Shown piece after piece: positions 26,686 through 36,109 of a stretch of DNA of 64,000 nucleotides. The DNA lies in the NCBI GenBank assembly GCA_963783335.1, contig CAWAND010000010.1:1125476-1189475 (forward strand), in the 5' to 3' direction. The notes under the pieces were generated by a model, which searched no databases, was not told where the DNA came from, and saw nothing but the letters and a program-made list of their open reading frames with translations. This DNA is from an uncultured Chloroflexia bacterium. GTDB taxonomy: Bacteria; Chloroflexota; Anaerolineae; Anaerolineales; E44-bin32. The first letter of the stretch is position 1. The number at the start of each line of letters is the position of its first letter. Position numbers and translations under genes: made by a program.

Positions 26686-27909
26686 TCAGAACAATCTTGC
26701 TTGAACGCCGGGTCTCCGTCCATCAAGTGTGATGTACGGTGCTGCCCGTTCCGCCAAGATGCCCAGGCGGCGGAGCTGGGAAACATCCGTCAGGCGGCGG
26801 ACGCGACGAGCCTTCAAGACCGCGCCCACACCCTTGAGCCCCAGGCCGGGGACACGCAGCAGCTGCTCTCGGTCGGCCAGGTTTAGCTCGACGGGAGCTT
26901 CGGCAAGGGCCAGATCGGCAAAGGCGCGCTTGGGGTCGCGATCCAGGGGAAGCCGGCCTTGGGGGGTGAAGGGCAGATCTTCGAACTCGAAGCCATAATC
27001 CCTGAGAAGGTAGGAGGCTTCATACAATCGCTGCTGGCGGAGCGGATCCTCGGCCGGATGGCCGTCCAGCGGGGTATCCGGCACCGGCGAGAAAGCCTCG
27101 AAGTAGGTTCGGCGGACACCCCACTGTGAAAACAGGTTGGCGACCGTGCTGAGGATTTCGACATCATCTTCGCCCGCCGCGCCAACCACAAATTGGGTCG
27201 TGCTCGAGGCCCAACGCCCGCGCCAGCCGTGCCGAGATGGCAGCTCGCGCCGGATTTCGGCCGCCCACCTGAGCGGAGGCAGCAGCTCATCAAGGTAACC
27301 CTTGTGCGGCGCCAAACGTGCCAGCCGGTTCGCGTTGGGAGCTTCCAAGTTAATGGAGACCCGGTTGGCGAGCTGCATGGCACGCAGAACCTGCCCCTGA
27401 TCTGCGCCCGGCATGAGCTTGAGGTGGAGGTAGCCGCCATAACCCAGGCGGTGGCGGAGGATCTCGGCCGTGTCCAGCAGTTTGTCCTGGGTGTGTGCGC
27501 CGCCGGCGAACACACCGCTGGAAAGAAACAGCCCTTGGACGCGTCCGCTCTGATGCACCGAAAAGAACGTCCGGGCCATCTCTTCGGGTTTGAAGGTCAC
27601 CCGGCGCGAGCGGCGGCCGGCGCGGAAAGGGCAGTAGAGGCAATCCCGTTCGCAGGCTGTCGTCAGCATGGCTTTCAGCAACGGAATGCGCCTTCCACCG
27701 GCCGAGGTCTGGTAGATCGGAATCGGCTGACTCTTGCCCGGAACTTCGACCCAATCGGATACACTGCCAGCGCGAGGCTGCCCACCGGCCGGTGAGTATC
27801 CGCACGCTCGGACCGAAGCCGGCGATCGAGATTCAAGACCTCGCCTCTCGCCGGCCTGCTCGAAGTGCGAGTCGTTGGCCACTATCGCCAACTTATCCAT
27901 CGCATCCAT
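26686..27909 (-). CDS. radical SAM protein of the putative DNA modification/repair type
   Basis: CERDCLYCPF (CxxxCxxC) and a C-terminal helix-hairpin-helix (EQLLRVPGLGLKGVGAVLKARR). Confidence 0.7.
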   Translation of the reverse strand: MDAMDKLAIVANDSHFEQAGERRGLESRSPASVRACGYSPAGGQPRAGSVSDWVEVPGKSQPIPIYQTSAGGRRIPLLKAMLTTACERDCLYCPFRAGRRSRRVTFKPEEMARTFFSVHQSGRVQGLFLSSGVFAGGAHTQDKLLDTAEILRHRLGYGGYLHLKLMPGADQGQVLRAMQLANRVSINLEAPNANRLARLAPHKGYLDELLPPLRWAAEIRRELPSRHGWRGRWASSTTQFVVGAAGEDDVEILSTVANLFSQWGVRRTYFEAFSPVPDTPLDGHPAEDPLRQQRLYEASYLLRDYGFEFEDLPFTPQGRLPLDRDPKRAFADLALAEAPVELNLADREQLLRVPGLGLKGVGAVLKARRVRRLTDVSQLRRLGILAERAAPYITLDGRRPGVQARLF

Positions 27910-27915
27910 ACAGCA

Positions 27916-27924
27916 AGAATAGCA
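27916..27924 (-). promoter_or_regulatory. extended -10-like box TGCTATTCT, 6 nt before ATG 27909 (leaderless-type)
   Basis: Reverse complement of agaatagca. Confidence 0.35.
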
Positions 27925-28080
27925 CAGATGTTCTAGTCTGTCCACAGGTCATCCCGTTGCACGGCCCGTTAAGGATGGCGTAACGATTTGTGGGCATAGT
28001 GAAGATCGTCCACCTGGTGTCTTTTCGAGCCGGAATTGACTCGTGCCGTGCGAGGCCTGGGCTGAAATCATCTGATAGGC

Positions 28081-28830
28081 ATGATGTACACTGAGTTCAA
28101 ATCCCCACGTTCACAACCTTGGAGCCGAACCTTGCCGCGAGATTCCGCTGCGCAGCGCATACTGATCGTGGACGACGAGTCCACCATTCGAGATGTCCTC
28201 CGCCGCTATCTGGAGCGCGAGGGCTTTGAAGTCGTCGACGCCGCTGATGGCCAGGCGGCCTTGGCGGCCGTGGAAAGCGGGCTTCCCGATCTGGCCGTGC
28301 TTGACCTGATGCTGCCCGGGATGGATGGGATGACCCTGGCGGAGCGGCTGCGGGATTCGGGCCCGGTGCCGATCGTGATGCTCACCGCCAAGGGTGAAAC
28401 CGCCGATCGGATTCAGGGTCTCGAGCTCGGAGCGGATGACTACATTGTCAAGCCATTCAGTCCGAGAGAGCTGGTGCTGCGGGTCAAGGCCGTCCTGCGC
28501 CGGTTGGAGCCCAATTTGGGTGAGACCGATGAAGAGATCGAAATCCATGGGCTGACCCTCGACCCCGCCAGCCGCACCGTCGACGTCGAAGGCGAACCGG
28601 TGACCCTGACGGCCAAAGAATTCGACCTGCTCCACTTCTTGATGCGCCACCCCCGGCAGGTGTTCTCGCGTGACCAGCTGCTTGATCAGGTCTGGGGCTA
28701 TGACTTCTTCGGCGACGCCTCGACCGTCACGGTCCATGTCCGGCGCCTGCGGGAGAAGATTGAGGCTGATCCCTCTTCGCCTCGTCGCCTGGTGACCGTC
28801 TGGGGGGTCGGGTACAAGTTCGATGGCTAG
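28081..28830 (+). CDS. OmpR/PhoB-family response regulator
   Basis: Receiver domain (RILIVDDE..., LDLMLPGMDG) plus winged-helix domain (LTAKEFDLLHFL...VWGVGYKF). Confidence 0.9.
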   Translation: MMYTEFKSPRSQPWSRTLPRDSAAQRILIVDDESTIRDVLRRYLEREGFEVVDAADGQAALAAVESGLPDLAVLDLMLPGMDGMTLAERLRDSGPVPIVMLTAKGETADRIQGLELGADDYIVKPFSPRELVLRVKAVLRRLEPNLGETDEEIEIHGLTLDPASRTVDVEGEPVTLTAKEFDLLHFLMRHPRQVFSRDQLLDQVWGYDFFGDASTVTVHVRRLREKIEADPSSPRRLVTVWGVGYKFDG

Positions 28831-30082
28831 TTCCCGCGGAGACCGCACCTGGCTGACCCGGTTCGTCATCGGGGTGCTGGCGGCCCTGGCGGTGAGCGTT
28901 GTGCTGATCATGGCGCTGATGCGCCCGCCGATGAAGGACCTGGCGCAGCTCACCCTGATCTCCGGGATCACGGCGGTTGGGTCGATCCTGATCGGCCTGC
29001 TGGCCTACCGCCTTGGTTTCTGGCGGCGCATCGGCAGCCTGAGCATGACCCTGACCCTGGGCTACGTCTTGGCGGCCGGGCTGACATTGTTAAATGTGTG
29101 GATCAGCGCCCGGCTGATGTTCGCCAGTCCGCATGACTTGGCGCTGGCCGGCGTGCTGTTGGTCTTTGCCAGCGGGATCTCGGTCTCCTTCGGCTATCTT
29201 GTGTCGAGCAGCCTGACGCGCCTGGTGCGCCAGATGGTCGAAGGCGCCCGGCGCTTGAGCAAGGGTGATTTCAGCACCCGCGTTCAGCCGGAGGGACGGG
29301 ACGAGGTGGCGTCGTTGGCGCAGGCTTTTAACGACATGGCGCGCCAGCTCGAGCTGGCCGGGGAGGAGAAGGCGCGGCTGGAAGGCGCCCGGCGGGAATT
29401 CGTGGCCTGGGTCTCCCACGACCTGCGCACGCCGCTGTCCGCTCTGCGGGCGATGATCGACGCCATGGCCGAGGGGGTGGTCAAGGATCCGGAGACGGTC
29501 GAGCGCTACCTACATCAGTGCCAGACGGAGCTGGACCGCATGCGGGACATGATCGACGATCTGTTCCAGCTTGCCCAGCTGGACGCAGGCCACATGCAGA
29601 TGACAATCGAGACATGTTCGCTGGCCGACCTGATCTCTGACACATTGGGCAGCGCCACACCCAAGGCCGCCGCCAAACACGTGAAGGTCAGCGGCTGGGT
29701 GGACCCTTCGCTGGACCCCGTTCGGCTGGCCCCGCGCGAGATTGGCAGGGTGATTCGCAACCTGCTTGACAACGCGCTTCGCCACACGCCTGAAGGCGGT
29801 GAGATTAAGCTCACGGCCGGATTGGAGGAAGGATTGGTGTCGGTCTCGGTCACCGACACGGGCGAAGGCATCTCCGCCGAGGACCTGCCGCGGGTCTTTG
29901 AACGTTTCTACCGCGGCGAAGCCAGCCGATCGCGCGATGGCTTTGACAGTGGTGGCGCCGGGCTGGGGTTGGCGATTGCGCGTGGTTTTGTTGAGGCCCA
30001 TGGTGGCCGGATCTGGGCTGAAAGCCGGGCGGGCGAAGGGACCCGAGTGAGTTTCAGCCTCCCGTCCGCCAAGGCCGGCTGA
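28823..30082 (+). CDS. sensor histidine kinase (HAMP-HisKA-HATPase)
   Basis: Two TM helices, H-box SHDLRTPL, and G boxes DTGEGI / GGAGLGLAI. 8-nt overlap with the regulator gene. Confidence 0.9.
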   Translation: MASSRGDRTWLTRFVIGVLAALAVSVVLIMALMRPPMKDLAQLTLISGITAVGSILIGLLAYRLGFWRRIGSLSMTLTLGYVLAAGLTLLNVWISARLMFASPHDLALAGVLLVFASGISVSFGYLVSSSLTRLVRQMVEGARRLSKGDFSTRVQPEGRDEVASLAQAFNDMARQLELAGEEKARLEGARREFVAWVSHDLRTPLSALRAMIDAMAEGVVKDPETVERYLHQCQTELDRMRDMIDDLFQLAQLDAGHMQMTIETCSLADLISDTLGSATPKAAAKHVKVSGWVDPSLDPVRLAPREIGRVIRNLLDNALRHTPEGGEIKLTAGLEEGLVSVSVTDTGEGISAEDLPRVFERFYRGEASRSRDGFDSGGAGLGLAIARGFVEAHGGRIWAESRAGEGTRVSFSLPSAKAG

Positions 30083-30690
30083 TGGAGAGGTGGATACCTA
30101 TGAGAGCGGTTTGGAAGGCAACCTCAGTGCTCGTTTGTCTTGGGCTGGCTGCATGTGGTGCAGCCGGGGTGGGCTCTGTGACTCTGGTTGAGGACAACCC
30201 GCCAACGTCCCAGCCAACGCTGGCGCCTGTGGCTCTGGAGGATTTGGGACCGGCGCCCGAGTTGAACAACCAGGTGTGGCTCAACACCGAACAGCCTCTG
30301 CGGCTGGAGGACTTGCGCGGCAAGGTGGTGCTGCTCGACATGTGGACCTTCGGCTGCATCAACTGCCGGCATGTGATCCCCTCCCTGCGCGGTTGGTACC
30401 AGTCCTATGGGGACAAGGGGCTGGTGGTCATCGGCAACCACTACCCTGAATTTGGGTATGAGGCCGACCTGGACAACCTCAAGCAGGCGTTGGTCGATCT
30501 CGACGTACCCTATCCGGTGGCCCAGGACAATCAGGGTGAGACCTGGCGGGCCTACAAGAACCGGTACTGGCCGGCGCTGTACCTGATCGATAAACGCGGC
30601 CATATCCGCTATCGGCATATCGGTGAGGGTGCGTACGCAGAGACTGAAGCGGCTATCCAGACGTTGCTGGCCGAACCCTACCCAGGCTGA
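30082..30690 (+). CDS. thioredoxin-like (TlpA/redoxin) lipoprotein
   Basis: Lipobox LGLAACG and CxxC motif WTFGCINCRH. The ATG overlaps the kinase TGA. Confidence 0.8.
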   Translation: MERWIPMRAVWKATSVLVCLGLAACGAAGVGSVTLVEDNPPTSQPTLAPVALEDLGPAPELNNQVWLNTEQPLRLEDLRGKVVLLDMWTFGCINCRHVIPSLRGWYQSYGDKGLVVIGNHYPEFGYEADLDNLKQALVDLDVPYPVAQDNQGETWRAYKNRYWPALYLIDKRGHIRYRHIGEGAYAETEAAIQTLLAEPYPG

Positions 30691-30724
30691 CATCCCATCC
30701 AAGAACACACAGTTTAGGAGAAAT

Positions 30725-30752
30725 GCAGCGCCCGCCGGCCGGCGGGCGCTGC
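30725..30752. terminator. perfect 28-nt GC palindrome between convergent redoxin and bioY genes (bidirectional terminator candidate)
   Basis: GCAGCGCCCGCCGG/CCGGCGGGCGCTGC. A T-rich flank is present only on the minus-strand side (ATTTCTCC). Confidence 0.6.
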
Positions 30753-30780
30753 ACCTTGCAGTATGGAAGGACGAATCCGA

Positions 30781-31362
30781 TTAATGAATGGGCAGTCCCA
30801 ACCTGGACAGGCCCAGCCAGCCGAGTGGGAGCAGCGCCGTACCCAGGCCGATCTTGAGCACATCGCCCAGCACGAACGGGGCAACACCCAAAGCCAGGGC
30901 CTGATTGGGCCCGACCATCCAGGCCAACCAGCTTGCTCCGATGGCATAAATCACAAGATTTCCGAGAGTCATCGCACCCAAGGCGGCCAGCGGGCGCCGG
31001 TCCCAACCTCGCTCGGCCAGCCAGCCGACGAGGAAAGCGGCGGCGGCAAATCCGATCAGGTAGCCCCCGGTGGGCCCGAGCAGGTGCGCCAGACCGAAAC
31101 CGCCGCCGGCAAACACCGGTAGCCCGGCCAGCCCCTCGCCCAGGTAAGCCAGCAGGGCAAATCCGCCGCGCCGGCTACCCAGCAGCACACCAATCAGTAG
31201 GACGGCCAGGGTTTGGGCGGTGATCGGGACGGGGGTGAACGGCAGGCGAACCTGAATCAAAGCTGAAACCGCCACCACAAGGCTCCCGGCAGTGACGAGC
31301 AAAATGCCATACATAAAACTGCGGATGCGAGTTTGGGGGCGGATCAGATCAGCGTACACCAT
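30781..31362 (-). CDS. bioY: biotin transporter BioY
   Basis: BioY-like polytopic sequence (TAQTLAVLLIGVLLG...GGYLIGFAAAAFLVGWLAERG). GGAGG SD 10 nt before ATG 31362. Confidence 0.85.
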   Translation of the reverse strand: MVYADLIRPQTRIRSFMYGILLVTAGSLVVAVSALIQVRLPFTPVPITAQTLAVLLIGVLLGSRRGGFALLAYLGEGLAGLPVFAGGGFGLAHLLGPTGGYLIGFAAAAFLVGWLAERGWDRRPLAALGAMTLGNLVIYAIGASWLAWMVGPNQALALGVAPFVLGDVLKIGLGTALLPLGWLGLSRLGLPIH

Positions 31363-31380
31363 AGAGCTCGAACCTCCATT

Positions 31381-31396
31381 TGTGAAAAGCTTCACA
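31381..31396. promoter_or_regulatory. TGTGA-N6-TCACA palindrome, copy 4
   Basis: tTTGTGAaaagcTTCACAt. Lies 18 nt upstream of the bioY ATG (abutting its SD) and 53 nt after the herA stop. Confidence 0.5.
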
Positions 31397-31449
31397 TATC
31401 GCCCGGTCCGGATCACGTGACAACCGGCCTACGAGGGATGGACAAAGAG

Positions 31450-33108
31450 CTAGTCCCCGAAGAGGGTGTCCTTTCCCTTTTGAGCGCGCGCCTTGAGTTC
31501 CTTGCCTTCCGCCAATCCGACCGCGGCGTAGAACGATTCATCGTAGTCGCGCGTACGAACGACGACCGGCATGGGAACAGCGTGCCCCAGGATGAGTGCT
31601 TGTTGGCGGGTATCCAGGCGGGCCAGCACCTCCTTGAGGGCGCCGGCCCCGCTCACCCCGGAGAACACCGCTCGGATGTCGGCCTCGTTATCGAGCAGGC
31701 AGGTGACGCGTGTGCCAATCTGGCTCATGACTTCGTCGTCGATGCCGCTTGGCCGCTGGTCGACGATCAGCAAGGTCACGTTGTACTTGCGCAGCTCGCG
31801 GGCGATGTTCCCAAAGATCGTGTGTCCGGCGATGGCCGGATCCAGAAATTTGTGTGCCTCTTCGATCACGATCGTCAGCGGGCGGGGTTCATCCGCCTGG
31901 GCGCCAGCGGCCATGTTCTTCTGATGGACATAGCGTTCGTGAATGCGCCGGGTGAGGTAGTTGGCTACCAGCACATACGACGCCAGCGTGTTGCCATAGG
32001 TGCCAAATTCCAGAACGACGCTGGTGCCCTTGCTCAAGCTGAGGAAGATCTCGTCGACGGCGTCGTCGCCTTGGCCTGGGACGATGAATCCCATGCGGCG
32101 GAAGAACTCGAACTTTCGCTGGATGGCGCCCAGCGTCCCGGCCACGATGCGTCCGCTGTCCAGCAAATCCGCAATCTCATCTGAGCCCTGTGCCTCATCC
32201 AGCAGCTTGGCGATCCAGTCCGGCCCCAGGTGACGCCGCAGGAAATAGAGCGCCCCGGTCTGGACGTCGCTCAGGCCGAGCAACCCGGAGAGCATTTCTA
32301 CATCCTCCGGCTCGATCTGCTGATAGCCGATCTTGAGCACGCGGTCGATCTTGCTTTTGCGGGCCCGGGAGGTGTCTTCGTCGAGAGTCACCACACGCAC
32401 GCGCCCGTCCGGGAACAATTGGCGGAGGCCTTTGTATTCCCGTCCGCTCTCGTCCTTGACCGCCCAGCCGTAGTCGTTGTGCATGTCGAAGATCAGCGTC
32501 GAGGCCAGCCCGGATTTGATGATCCCGGCCAGCAGGGTACGGGTGATAAAGGATTTGCCCGTACCGCTCTTGCCGAAGATGCCCGAAGAGCGTTCGACGA
32601 AGCGCGGCAGATCCAGGTTGACCTGCACCTGGTCCATTTCCAGTGGGGTCCCGAGAAAGAAATGTGTCTCGTCCTCCGGGCCGAACACCCGCTCCACGTC
32701 CTCGGCGGAGGCTTCATAGATGGCGGAGAAATGCCCGGGAATGGTCTTGACCGGTCGGGGAGTCTCATCGTCAGGATCGAGCATTAACATCGGGCTGACG
32801 TGAACCGTCCCATAAGCCACCTGGCCGCGATAGACCTCGGCTGTGAATTCGTCACCGAAATCGGGAGGATGATGGGCTAGCTCGGGGTTGGTTGAATCCA
32901 GGGCGATGTCCGTGATGATGCCAAAGAAGTGTCGGCCGGACTCCCGCCCCTGGGCGACCACATAACGGCCGACCGCCAGCTTCTCGAGTGTAAAACCGGG
33001 ATCGAGCCGGACGTTCAGGCCGCTGGAGAGCGACCCTCCGATAACTGACCCCAATGGTCGTTCGTGGCGTCTCGGGAAGATTTCGTCCAGGTTGGCAGCA
33101 TCTGTCAT
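31450..33108 (-). CDS. herA: HerA-like (DUF87/FtsK-HerA superfamily) hexameric ATPase
   Basis: N-terminal barrel-like segment, Walker A GKSGTGKS, Walker B LTIVIEEAHKF. A NurA-like gene lies upstream in the same operon. Confidence 0.75.
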   Translation of the reverse strand: MTDAANLDEIFPRRHERPLGSVIGGSLSSGLNVRLDPGFTLEKLAVGRYVVAQGRESGRHFFGIITDIALDSTNPELAHHPPDFGDEFTAEVYRGQVAYGTVHVSPMLMLDPDDETPRPVKTIPGHFSAIYEASAEDVERVFGPEDETHFFLGTPLEMDQVQVNLDLPRFVERSSGIFGKSGTGKSFITRTLLAGIIKSGLASTLIFDMHNDYGWAVKDESGREYKGLRQLFPDGRVRVVTLDEDTSRARKSKIDRVLKIGYQQIEPEDVEMLSGLLGLSDVQTGALYFLRRHLGPDWIAKLLDEAQGSDEIADLLDSGRIVAGTLGAIQRKFEFFRRMGFIVPGQGDDAVDEIFLSLSKGTSVVLEFGTYGNTLASYVLVANYLTRRIHERYVHQKNMAAGAQADEPRPLTIVIEEAHKFLDPAIAGHTIFGNIARELRKYNVTLLIVDQRPSGIDDEVMSQIGTRVTCLLDNEADIRAVFSGVSGAGALKEVLARLDTRQQALILGHAVPMPVVVRTRDYDESFYAAVGLAEGKELKARAQKGKDTLFGD

Positions 33109-33136
33109 GACATGAGCCTCATTGTGCTGTGATGGG

Positions 33137-33373
33137 TCAAGATGTCAGCAAGCGAAGCAGGTTTTGGAGCTGCGGCAGGTCGCCAGCCATCAAGCGGGCG
33201 CAGGCACGCCCAGCGTCGATCAAGAACGGCCGCCGTTCAGCTGCTGGTCTGGCTTCTGACGCAGTCTGCAGAGCGGCGGCCAACAGATGGTCAGCGGGAA
33301 GCTGAGGCGTGCTGAGAACCAGCGGTAGGAAATCAAAGGTGGTGGTGAAGGCTCGCACATCCTCCGGCGTCAT
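33137..33373 (-). CDS. hypothetical small helical protein (78 aa)
   Basis: ORF packed between the herA and nurA module genes with similar codon bias. No motif recognised. Confidence 0.4.
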   Translation of the reverse strand: MTPEDVRAFTTTFDFLPLVLSTPQLPADHLLAAALQTASEARPAAERRPFLIDAGRACARLMAGDLPQLQNLLRLLTS

Positions 33374-33393
33374 CCGATAGATCGGCGCCAGGG

Positions 33394-33753
33394 TCAGCGG
33401 AGGCTGGGGGGGAGGTGCTGGTGGAACGCCTCCCCAACCCGGTAGCCGACGGCCAGGGCGCTGAACTCCACCGGCACTTGGCGGTTGGCTTGTCCGTCGG
33501 CCAGCACTTCCGCCGGGGCCGTCTCAGTGGCTGCCATCTGCCGCGCGAATTCGTCGTCTTGAATGCTGATATCGTAGATCAAGCCGATGACCTGGCTTCC
33601 CCCTTGCTGGGCCTCGGCCAGGCAAAAACCGCCGAAAACGGGGATTTCCGGTTCCGGAAGGCGGATGGCGCCCACGAAACCGCGCGTGCTGCAGCGGGTG
33701 ACCCTTCCGATAAGCCCTTGCTTGTCCGTCATGTTTTGGCTCCGATAGTTCAC
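33394..33753 (-). CDS. hypothetical protein, possibly a stand-alone HAS-barrel-like domain
   Basis: GLIGRVTRCSTRGFVGAIRLPEPEIPVFGGFCLAEAQQGGSQVIGLIYDISI resembles the N-terminal barrel of HerA. GTGA overlap with the nurA stop. Alternative ATG at 33732 has a GGAG SD. Confidence 0.4.
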   Translation of the reverse strand: MNYRSQNMTDKQGLIGRVTRCSTRGFVGAIRLPEPEIPVFGGFCLAEAQQGGSQVIGLIYDISIQDDEFARQMAATETAPAEVLADGQANRQVPVEFSALAVGYRVGEAFHQHLPPSLR

Positions 33754-34934
33754 AGGCTGTGCCGGCGACGGGAAGTCAGCCAGGCCTTGGCGGTCTGCTT
33801 GTGTGATCGTTCCGGATGCAAACCGTGGGCGAGAAGACTCTCTTCGAAGAGGCCGGCCACGGTTTGGCGTTCTGCCTGGCTGACCACGGCCAATTCATGG
33901 GCCCGGGCCAGGACGTAGGGAAAGCCGGCCGTGGTGAGGCCCTGTTCGACCAGGCCGGAATGCACACGGGCCATCAACTCGGGCGAATTGGCGACCCAGC
34001 TGGGAATCTCGACTCGCATCGGATCCTTGACGCCAGGTGGGCGGTAGTAGAAGAAAGCCACTTCGTGACCGGCGGCCTTGAAATCCCGATTGATGGGGGA
34101 AGCGTAGATGAATGAGACGCTGCGATGGCCCTCTGGCAAGACCTGAGCGAATAGGCCGCGGTCGGTCAGGCCAAGGTAGGGCGTGGCCTGCAGCCGGTCG
34201 GTGCCGATCTTGTCCAAGGGGAGATCGAGCAGGTGGAGCAAGGCCAGGACGTTGGCGTGGCGGGGCCGATCGATCACCCCAGCCAACGCTGCTCCAGCTT
34301 GTCGGATGTTGTCCATGCCATGCAGGTAGTCCTTTAACAAGGCATCAGCCGACTTGCGCTGTTGGCCTTGGACTTGCAACGCCAACCACAGGATCAAGCC
34401 ATTGTCGAGAAGCGCCAGGCTGGCTTCTCCCTGGCAGCTGTTGGCCAGGCGGGCCAACTCGGCCATCTCGGCGATGTCGCGGCGGGCGCTCACGATCTCA
34501 GAGCCGATCAAGCCGCCGTCCTCAAGGTACAGCTCTTCCTTGCCTGAATACAGGCTGGGCGTGGAGCGAGCCGTGGGCGCTTGGCCTGATCCAGCAATGT
34601 AGTGCAGGCTGCCGATGTTGATCATGTAGTACATGGCAGCCGCGTGACGGTCCGGAGGAATTTGTGAGCCGTCTGCACCGAACACATGCAGCGGAGTTTG
34701 CAGGGCAGGTGGGGCGATGCTATTGGCCAAATCGTCGGTTGTTGGGATGGCTCCCGGCCAGCGATCTCCTGCCCGGGCCAGCTTGGCCTGCAGGGTCTCG
34801 GCATCGAGCCCCGACGCCGCCCGCAAGGCGTCCACGGCCTGGGGCAGTCGTTCGCCTAACGCCGCCATTTCTTGGGCGATTTTGGCGCCGGCACTCTGGA
34901 TTTGGGGTGCCAAACTTGGGAGATCAAGGGACAT
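33750..34934 (-). CDS. nurA: NurA-like 5'-3' nuclease
   Basis: VFGADGSQI (catalytic Asp context typical of NurA), size about 395 aa, and linkage to herA. AGGTG SD before ATG 34934. Confidence 0.6.
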   Translation of the reverse strand: MSLDLPSLAPQIQSAGAKIAQEMAALGERLPQAVDALRAASGLDAETLQAKLARAGDRWPGAIPTTDDLANSIAPPALQTPLHVFGADGSQIPPDRHAAAMYYMINIGSLHYIAGSGQAPTARSTPSLYSGKEELYLEDGGLIGSEIVSARRDIAEMAELARLANSCQGEASLALLDNGLILWLALQVQGQQRKSADALLKDYLHGMDNIRQAGAALAGVIDRPRHANVLALLHLLDLPLDKIGTDRLQATPYLGLTDRGLFAQVLPEGHRSVSFIYASPINRDFKAAGHEVAFFYYRPPGVKDPMRVEIPSWVANSPELMARVHSGLVEQGLTTAGFPYVLARAHELAVVSQAERQTVAGLFEESLLAHGLHPERSHKQTAKAWLTSRRRHSL

Positions 34935-34963
34935 GATGTGCACCTATCGAACACCTGTTCCGC

Positions 34964-34969
34964 ATTATA
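34964..34969 (-). promoter_or_regulatory. -10 box TATAAT for the nurA-herA operon
   Basis: Reverse complement of attata within cgTATATAATgcgg. Lies about 30 nt upstream of the nurA ATG. Confidence 0.45.
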
Positions 34970-35095
34970 TACGAGCCGGGATGCCTCGCAAGGGCGCTCT
35001 GTCGTGTGTCCTGGGCCAGGAGGACCCCCAACCGTCGGGTGGGCTTGGAGGTCTACCCCTACAGGTTCGGGTCTTTCGCCTAGATGACCGCCTTG

Positions 35096-35104
35096 TGCTA
35101 TACT
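35096..35104 (+). promoter_or_regulatory. extended -10 box TGCTATACT, 7 nt before ATG 35112 (leaderless-type)
   Basis: cttgTGCTATACTccgcgccATG read directly. Confidence 0.5.
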
Positions 35105-35111
35105 CCGCGCC

Positions 35112-35363
35112 ATGAAAGCCGACCGCCCTGTGCCTGACCGAGTCGTCGATTGGCTGCAGGCAAGCGGGCTGAGTGGCATCGCGGCCGCCATCGCCGAAGG
35201 CTTGGGGCCATTGGGCCCCTTGGCGGCACAACTGACTTACCTGGTTGCGCCGGTCTTGGACCGTCCCGGTGATGGACCCCTGAATGACCTGGCGGGTTGG
35301 CTGGAAGACCCTAGCCAGATCGATCAACTGGCCGAGCGGCTTCGAAGGGGAGGTACGCTTTGA
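35112..35363 (+). CDS. hypothetical small protein (83 aa), first gene of the cluster
   Basis: One hydrophobic segment. Its stop overlaps the next start by 4 nt. Confidence 0.5.
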   Translation: MKADRPVPDRVVDWLQASGLSGIAAAIAEGLGPLGPLAAQLTYLVAPVLDRPGDGPLNDLAGWLEDPSQIDQLAERLRRGGTL

Positions 35364-36109
35364 GCTCAACCGGCACGGTCGGTCTTGGGATCCTGCTTCT
35401 GTTCATCCTCCTGATGCTGGCCTTTGCCAGCTTGGGCCGGCGGTGGGAGTCCACCTTCCGCGAGCTTCCCGGTTTGGACGCGCTCGGGAACGCCATTGAA
35501 CGAGCGGTGGAATCCGGGAGGCGGGTGCACCTGTCTTTGGGCACCGGCTCCGTCTCAGGCACCGACAGCGCACCCGCGCTGGCCGGGCTGGCCTTACTCA
35601 AACGAATTGCTGCAATTACCTCCATGAGCGACAAACCCGTTGTGGCCACCACCGGTGACGGGGCGATGGCTCTCCTGGCTCAGGATAGCCTTCGCACTGC
35701 TTACAGTGACGTGGGGGCCAAGGATCGGTTTGAGTCCATCTCCGGACGGATGCTCGGACCGACACCCTATTCCTACGTGGCAACCATGCCGACGATGCTT
35801 GACACGGAAGACGTGTCAGTCCACCTAATGGTCGGCTCATTCGGCGCCGAATCCGGCCTTGCGGCCGATTTTGGAGACCGGCAGCACGCGATGGTGTTGG
35901 CGGGCACCGACGATGTTCAGTCCCAGGCGCTTCTCTACGCCACAGCCAAGAATCCGTTGGTGGGTGAAGAGGTGTTTGCTGTCGGGGCCTACTTGGACGT
36001 AAGTCCGCTCCACAAGGCGAGCCTCCGCACCCAGGATGTCGTCCGATACCTTGTCGTCGGTGCAATCCTGGTCGGCGCACTGCTGCACACGCTGGGAATC
36101 GGACTATGA
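35360..36109 (+). CDS. hypothetical bitopic membrane protein (249 aa)
   Basis: N- and C-terminal TM helices flank a soluble domain. Translationally coupled on both sides. Confidence 0.6.
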   Translation: MSSTGTVGLGILLLFILLMLAFASLGRRWESTFRELPGLDALGNAIERAVESGRRVHLSLGTGSVSGTDSAPALAGLALLKRIAAITSMSDKPVVATTGDGAMALLAQDSLRTAYSDVGAKDRFESISGRMLGPTPYSYVATMPTMLDTEDVSVHLMVGSFGAESGLAADFGDRQHAMVLAGTDDVQSQALLYATAKNPLVGEEVFAVGAYLDVSPLHKASLRTQDVVRYLVVGAILVGALLHTLGIGL

